Source: an uncultured Solirubrobacterales bacterium
Lineage (GTDB): Bacteria > Actinomycetota > Thermoleophilia > Solirubrobacterales > JBBDJG01
Assembly: GCA_963768885.1 (NCBI GenBank)
Contig: CAVYJN010000006.1
Coordinates: 757,785 to 821,784, forward strand
Length of the DNA: 64,000 nucleotides
Direction of reading: 5' to 3'
Shown: positions 59,286 through 64,000 of the stretch, in pieces
How the letters are laid out: each line of letters opens with the position of its first letter
Position numbering within the stretch: position 1 is the first letter of the stretch
The notes under the pieces: model-generated
Databases searched by the model: none
Seen by the model: only the letters and a program-made list of their open reading frames with translations
Told to the model about the DNA's origin: nothing
Program-made: the position numbers and the translations under genes

Positions 59286-60674
59286 ATGCCCGAGGCGCCG
59301 CAGCCGATGACGACCAACCCGTTCGCGGTGCTCTGGAGCGACGTCCGCAGCGACCGCGCCGCGAAGGCGTGGCCGCCGGGCGAGACGGAGCTTCAGCCTC
59401 GCCCGCACGCGTCGCTTCGAGCGCGACCCGCTGGGCCTGCTGCTCGAGTCCTACGAGCGCTACGGCCCGGTGTTCACGCTCAAGGTCTTCCACCACAACG
59501 CGGTCTTCATGCTGGGCCCCGAGGCCAACCACTACATACTGGTGTCCCACGCCAAGAACTTCCTCTGGCGCACGGGCCACCTGCGCGACCTGATCCCGCT
59601 GCTGGGCGACGGGCTGCTGACGACCGACGGGGACTTCCACCGCACGCATCGCAAGCTGATGCTGCCGGCGTTCCACCGCGAGCACATCGCGGCGGCCACG
59701 ACGGTGATGCGCGACGAGGTCGACCGGGCGCTTGCCGAGTTGCGGCCCGGCGCCGTGATCGACCTCTACGAATGGACCCGCCGCGTGGCGCTGCGCGTCG
59801 CGCTGCGTGCCCTGTTCGGCATCGACCCCGACACCGCGCGCGCCGGCGACCTGAACGCCGCGGCCGAGTTCGAGTCCGCCCTGTCCTTCTACGGGACCGA
59901 CATCCTGCTGCAGATCCCGCGCGGGCCCGTTCACGCCGTTCAGGCGGCTGATGCGCTCCCGCGCGACGGCTCGACGCGCTGATCTACTCCGAGATCGACC
60001 GCCGCCGCGCGACGGGGGAGCGCGGGAGCGACATCCTCTCGCTGCTGCTCGACGCGAGCGACGAGGACGGCAACCGGCTCGAGCGCCGTCACGTGCGCGA
60101 CGAGGTCATGACGCTGCTGTTCGCCGGCCACGACACGACGACCTCGACGGTCTCCTTCATGTTCTACGAGCTGGCGCGCAACCCGGAGGTCGTCGACGAC
60201 CCGGGCACCACGGTCGAGATGATCCTCGACGAGACGCTGCGCAAGTACCCGCCGGCCTACATCGGGCCGCGGCGCGCGGTCGAGTCGTTCGAGTTCGCCG
60301 GCGCGACCGTGCCCGGCGGCGCGCACGTCGAGTACTGCTCGTGGGCCAGCCACCACCTGCCCGACGTGTGGCCCGCGCCCGAGCGCTTCGACCCCGGGCG
60401 CTTCAGCGAGGAGAACAAGGCGAAGATCCCCCAGGGCGCCTACGTCCCGTTCGGCGGCGGGTCGCGCACGTGCATCGGCATGCGCTTCGGGCAGGCCGAG
60501 CTGGCGATCATCGCGCGCGCGATCCTCGAGCGCCACCGGCTCGAGCTGCTGCCCGGCTTCGAGCTCGACATCCGCCACGCCCCCACGATCTCCCCGCGCG
60601 CCGGGCTGCCCGTGCGCGTGCTCGCCGCGGACCCCGCGCCCGTGCTGTCGGCGGGCGTCCCCGTCCCCGCGTAG
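59286..60674 (+). pseudogene. Cytochrome P450. Three frame breaks as sequenced (~59380, ~59927, ~59968).
   Basis: The frames step 0 -> 1 -> 2 -> 0 through ...FERDPLGLLLESYERYGPVF...GDGLLTTDGDFHRTHRKLMLPAF... | TPFRRLMRSRAT | LDALIYSEI...LLFAGHDTTTST...ETLRKYPP.... The heme loop is FGGGSRTCIGMRFG. Confidence 0.8.
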
Positions 60675-60744
60675 GGGCCGTCCCGATCCGAGCGGCTGCG
60701 ATACTCAGGGCTGAGGTGCCGCTCCCCAGAGGACCCGAAGAACC

Positions 60745-62949
60745 GTGCTGACCGCGGGCCGCGCCCTGCTGATCCTGGCGTTGGCGATCGCCGCGTACGG
60801 CGTGCTGGCATCGCTCTACGGGGCGCGCATCTCGAACGCGATCGGCCTCGGGGGGCGCAGCGGCCGCGCCTGGATCGCCTCGGGCCGGCGCTCGGTCTAC
60901 GCGCTGTTCGGGACGCTCGGAGTCTGCTTCGTCGTGCTCGAGGCCGCGTTCCTGCGCTCCGACTTCTCGTTCGAGCTGGTCGCCGCCCATTCCTCGACCA
61001 CGACCTCGTCGTTCTACCGCGCGACGTCGATCTGGTCGTCGCAGGAGGGCTCGCTGCTGCTGTGGGTGACGCTGCTGAGCGCGTGGTCGAGCGCGATCCT
61101 CTATCTGAGCCGCCACCGCGCGCGCGAGGTCGCGCCCTACGCGACCGCGGTCCTGCTCGCGATCGCCGCCTTCTTCGTGGCCCTGCTCGTGTTCCTCGAG
61201 ACGCCCTTCGGCCGGCTCGACCCGGCGCCGATCGAGGGCGCGGGCCTCAATCCGCTGCTGCGCCACCCGGCCATGATGTTCCACCCCCCGATGCTGTACT
61301 CGGGCTACACGCTGTTCACGATCCCGTTCGCGTTCGCGATCGGGGCGCTCGTGACGCGGCGGCTCGGCAGCGACTGGCTGCGCACCGTGCGGCCCTTCGC
61401 GCTGGCCGCGTGGCTGTGCCTCGGCGTCGGGATCGTGCTCGGCGCGCGCTGGTCGTACTCGGAGCTCGGATGGGGCGGGTACTGGGGATGGGACGCGGTC
61501 GAGAACGCGTCGCTGATGCCGTGGCTGATCGGCACCGCGTTCCTGCACTCGATGATGGTGCAGGAGAAGCGCGGCATGCTGAAGGTCTGGAACGTCTCGC
61601 TGATCCTCGCCGCCGGGATCCTCGCGATCCTCGGCACGTTCCTGGTGCGCTCGGGCATCCTCAACTCGATCCACGCGTTCGGCGCGTCGACCCTCGGGCT
61701 CCCGTTCCTGATCCTGATCGCGGTGATGGTGGTGGGATCGGCCGTGCTCGTGATCACGCGCGCGCCGCAGCTGGCCTCCGAGCACCGCCTCGACTCGCTG
61801 CTCTCGCGCGAGACGGTGTTCCTGCTCAACAACCTCGCGCTCGTGGGCCTGTGCTTCGTGATCCTGTGGGGGACGTTCTTCCCGCTGATCTCGGAGGCGT
61901 TCACCGGCAAGCAGTCGTCGGTCGGCCCGCCGTGGTTCGGGCGCTACACGGTCCCGCTCGCGCTGCTGCTCGTGCTGCTCTCCGGCCTCGGCCCCGCGAT
62001 GGCGTGGCGGCGCACCACCGCGGCGAGCCTGCGGCGGGAGCTGTTCGGGCCGGTCGCGATCGGAGCGGCGACGCTCGTCGTGCTGCTCGTCGCGGACGTG
62101 GAGCGGCGGCCCGCCGCGCTCGCGATGTTCGCGCTCGGCGCCTTCGTGATCGCGGTGGTCGCGCAGGAGTTCGCGCGCGGCGTGCGGGCCCGGCGCGCGA
62201 TGACCAGCGAGGGGGTCTGGGTCGCGGCCGTGTCGCTCGTGCGCCGCAACCGGCGACGCTACGGCGGCTACCTCGTGCACGTGGGCGTGACGGTGCTGCT
62301 CGTCGGCGTGGCCGCGTCGTCGACCTTCCAGGACGCCCGCGACGTGAAGCTCAGCCCGGGCGAGCGGGCCCAGGTCGGCGGCTACGAGATCCAGTACACG
62401 CGCCCGACCGGCAGCATCGACGTCGCCGACAACGGGTCGCTGGAGAAGATCAACCTCGGCGCGGACCTGCGCGTGCGCCGCGACGGGGAGGTCAGCACGC
62501 TGCACACCGAGCGCAGCTACTTCCCGTCCACCTCGGCCGGGCTCGGAGCGGTGTCGCGCTTCTTCGAGGGCGAGGCGACGAGCGAGGTCGGGCTGCAGTC
62601 CGGGCTGCGCAGGGACCTGTGGACCGTCGTGGCGCCGGACACCTCGCTGCTCGACGACACGATCAAGCGCGGCGACCGCGTGTTCGAGCTGGCGGCCAAG
62701 CTGCCCGCGGCGGAGCGCTCGGCGGCGCTCGGCGAGACCCTGCGCCGGCTGGTCCAGCGCTACCCGGCCGACGCGCCGCCGGCGACCTTCCGCGTGCTGG
62801 TCTCGCCGCTGGTCACCTGGATCTGGCTGGGCGCCCTGATCGTCTTCTTCGGCGGCGTGATCGCGATCTGGCCTCCGCCGGCGGGCGCCACGCGCACCGT
62901 CACCGCGACCCAGGCGGCGCGGCTCGCGCGCGATCTCGGCCGGGCTTGA
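60745..62949 (+). CDS. ccmF: Cytochrome c-type biogenesis protein CcmF (System I heme lyase) family
   Basis: 734 aa, multi-TM. WWD motif GWGGYWGWDAVENASLMPW. Conserved histidines are in FLHSMMVQEKRGML. Confidence 0.8.
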   Translation: MLTAGRALLILALAIAAYGVLASLYGARISNAIGLGGRSGRAWIASGRRSVYALFGTLGVCFVVLEAAFLRSDFSFELVAAHSSTTTSSFYRATSIWSSQEGSLLLWVTLLSAWSSAILYLSRHRAREVAPYATAVLLAIAAFFVALLVFLETPFGRLDPAPIEGAGLNPLLRHPAMMFHPPMLYSGYTLFTIPFAFAIGALVTRRLGSDWLRTVRPFALAAWLCLGVGIVLGARWSYSELGWGGYWGWDAVENASLMPWLIGTAFLHSMMVQEKRGMLKVWNVSLILAAGILAILGTFLVRSGILNSIHAFGASTLGLPFLILIAVMVVGSAVLVITRAPQLASEHRLDSLLSRETVFLLNNLALVGLCFVILWGTFFPLISEAFTGKQSSVGPPWFGRYTVPLALLLVLLSGLGPAMAWRRTTAASLRRELFGPVAIGAATLVVLLVADVERRPAALAMFALGAFVIAVVAQEFARGVRARRAMTSEGVWVAAVSLVRRNRRRYGGYLVHVGVTVLLVGVAASSTFQDARDVKLSPGERAQVGGYEIQYTRPTGSIDVADNGSLEKINLGADLRVRRDGEVSTLHTERSYFPSTSAGLGAVSRFFEGEATSEVGLQSGLRRDLWTVVAPDTSLLDDTIKRGDRVFELAAKLPAAERSAALGETLRRLVQRYPADAPPATFRVLVSPLVTWIWLGALIVFFGGVIAIWPPPAGATRTVTATQAARLARDLGRA

Positions 62950-62983
62950 CGCGGGGCAGCCGGCCGCCCGCGCGACGAACCTG

Positions 62984-63283
62984 ATGGACGTGCTGCTCGT
63001 GCTCGCCGTGCTGGTCGTGGTGGTGCTGCTGATCGCGGCGCCCCTGCGCGCCGGTCGCGCGGCCGAGGAGGAGGCCGAGCCGGCCGCCCGGCGCGCCGAC
63101 CTCGAGGCCGCGAAGGAGGCCAAGTACCGCGAGATCCGCGACGCCGAGCTCGACCATCGCACCGGCAAGCTGACCCGCGAGGACTGGGAGCGGCTCGACG
63201 CGTCGCTGCGCTCGGAGGCGCTCGACATCCTTCACCGGATCGACGCGCTCGATGCCGGCGCGCGTTCACCAAGTCGGGGTTGA
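62984..63283 (+). CDS. Small single-TM protein with a charged coiled-coil-like tail (hypothetical)
   Basis: MDVLLVLAVLVVVVLLIAAPL... followed by a Glu/Arg/Ala-rich stretch. It lies immediately downstream of ccmF. Confidence 0.5.
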   Translation: MDVLLVLAVLVVVVLLIAAPLRAGRAAEEEAEPAARRADLEAAKEAKYREIRDAELDHRTGKLTREDWERLDASLRSEALDILHRIDALDAGARSPSRG

Positions 63284-63322
63284 CACGGCACCCGGGCCGG
63301 TGAGAGGGTCGCGCTGCTCCTC

Positions 63323-64000
63323 ATGCTGTCGCGCGAGACTCCCCGGAGAGGGACGGGCCGCCGCGTCGCCGTCGGCCTCTTCGCGCTGCTCGCCCTGATC
63401 CTCGCGCTCGCCGGTCCGGCGGAGGCGCGGAAGTACTCGTCGGCGACCTACTCGAGCCCGATCGCGCTGTCCGCGGACGGGAAGTACGTGTGGAGCGTGA
63501 ACCCGGGCGCCGACAACGTGTCCGTGATCTACGCCAGGACGAACAAGGTCGTCGCCAAGGTCAAGGTCGGCGACGAGCCGCAGAGCGTCGCGCTCGACCC
63601 GAACAACCGCTACGCGTACGTCGCCAACGCGGCGTCCGGGACGGTCACGGTGATCCGCATCACGAGGGCGAGAGGGAGCCGCGTGAAGGCGAAGGCCGAC
63701 CGGCGCGCGGGCAAGAAGGGGCAGATCGTCACCGGGTCCGAGCCCTGGAACGTCGTGGTGTCGCCCAACGGACGGCGCGTGTACGTCGCGAACTCCGGCC
63801 AGGACACGATCACGGTGATCGACGGGACGAAGCCCCGGCGCAAGCGCGGGGTGATCGGCCACGTGAACCTGCGGAGCAGCGTCTGCAACGACCCCGATCG
63901 CACGCGGCACTTCCAGCCCCGCGGCCTCGCGGTCACCAAGAACAACAAGCGGCTGCTCGTGACCAGCTTCTTCTCGTGGACCCTGCCCGGCGGCGCGCAG
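63323..64000 (+). CDS. Secreted YVTN-type beta-propeller repeat protein (5' part; runs off the window)
   Basis: Manual translation from the ATG at 63323: signal LFALLALILALAGPAEA. Repeats are DGKYVWSVNPGADNVSVI, PNNRYAYVANAASGTVTVI and SPNGRRVYVANSGQDTITVI. The frame stays open to position 64000. Confidence 0.65.
   Translation, partial: MLSRETPRRGTGRRVAVGLFALLALILALAGPAEARKYSSATYSSPIALSADGKYVWSVNPGADNVSVIYARTNKVVAKVKVGDEPQSVALDPNNRYAYVANAASGTVTVIRITRARGSRVKAKADRRAGKKGQIVTGSEPWNVVVSPNGRRVYVANSGQDTITVIDGTKPRRKRGVIGHVNLRSSVCNDPDRTRHFQPRGLAVTKNNKRLLVTSFFSWTLPGGAQ

Noticed and set aside
60508-63228. 906-aa minus-strand ORF over ccmF
   Set aside because: It is antisense to CcmF (WWD motif on the plus strand) and has a highly Arg/Asp/Glu-rich composition.
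1-64000. Frame breaks considered as programmed ribosomal frameshifting or genuine mass pseudogenisation
   Set aside because: There are too many of them, in unrelated genes, without slippery heptamers. All are in the one-extra-base direction and several lie in G/C homopolymers. Technical insertion errors are more parsimonious. This is a tentative rejection; see the finding on recurrent breaks in the repeats.

Overview
This is a 64-kb, very GC-rich (roughly 70-75% by eye) bacterial chromosome segment. Its gene content looks actinobacterial, perhaps Thermoleophilia/Rubrobacteria-like (Conexibacter or Solirubrobacter relatives), but I cannot verify that without a search. I saw no rRNA, CRISPR, transposase, integrase or phage genes.

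Contents, left to right:
- an exopolysaccharide-type GH/GT2 fusion gene and two tandem FemAB-like genes
- a GH13 alpha-glucosidase plus a sugar ABC importer
- a ParB/Srx-like gene paired with a PAS sensor
- FG-GAP and Pro-rich surface proteins
- tRNA-Leu(CAG) and tRNA-Glu(CUC)
- OsmC and an AEC transporter
- a cobalamin riboswitch driving a translationally coupled five-ORF ECF-type B12 uptake locus, which carries DUF4430 proteins and an alpha/alpha-toroid domain
- glpD
- a 12-kb surface-protein region (26.9-38.9 kb). It holds a 2.4-kb segmental duplication and a ~7.1-kb giant gene. The giant gene is built from 19 tandem ~98-aa modules, 16 of them organised as four 1,181-bp higher-order repeats.
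- a ~210-aa C-terminal domain that I could not assign, shared by three different secreted proteins
- a coupled operon: folP-like, metallophosphoesterase, cyclic-2,3-diphosphoglycerate synthetase, 2-phosphoglycerate kinase, aldolase
- a Rho homologue with degenerate ATPase motifs
- a PPTase and several small enzymes
- a selenocysteine formate dehydrogenase operon (Crp, FDH-alpha(U), FeS, NrfD, FdhD)
- an acyl-CoA carboxyltransferase, a K+ channel, a P450 and CcmF

About 30 single-base frame breaks interrupt 17 otherwise well-conserved genes. Every break I could phase is in the direction of one extra base. I read most of them as assembly insertion errors. Affected genes are given end-to-end and typed pseudogene, meaning 'as sequenced'. 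Many long ORFs in the track are antisense or off-frame artefacts of the high GC content.
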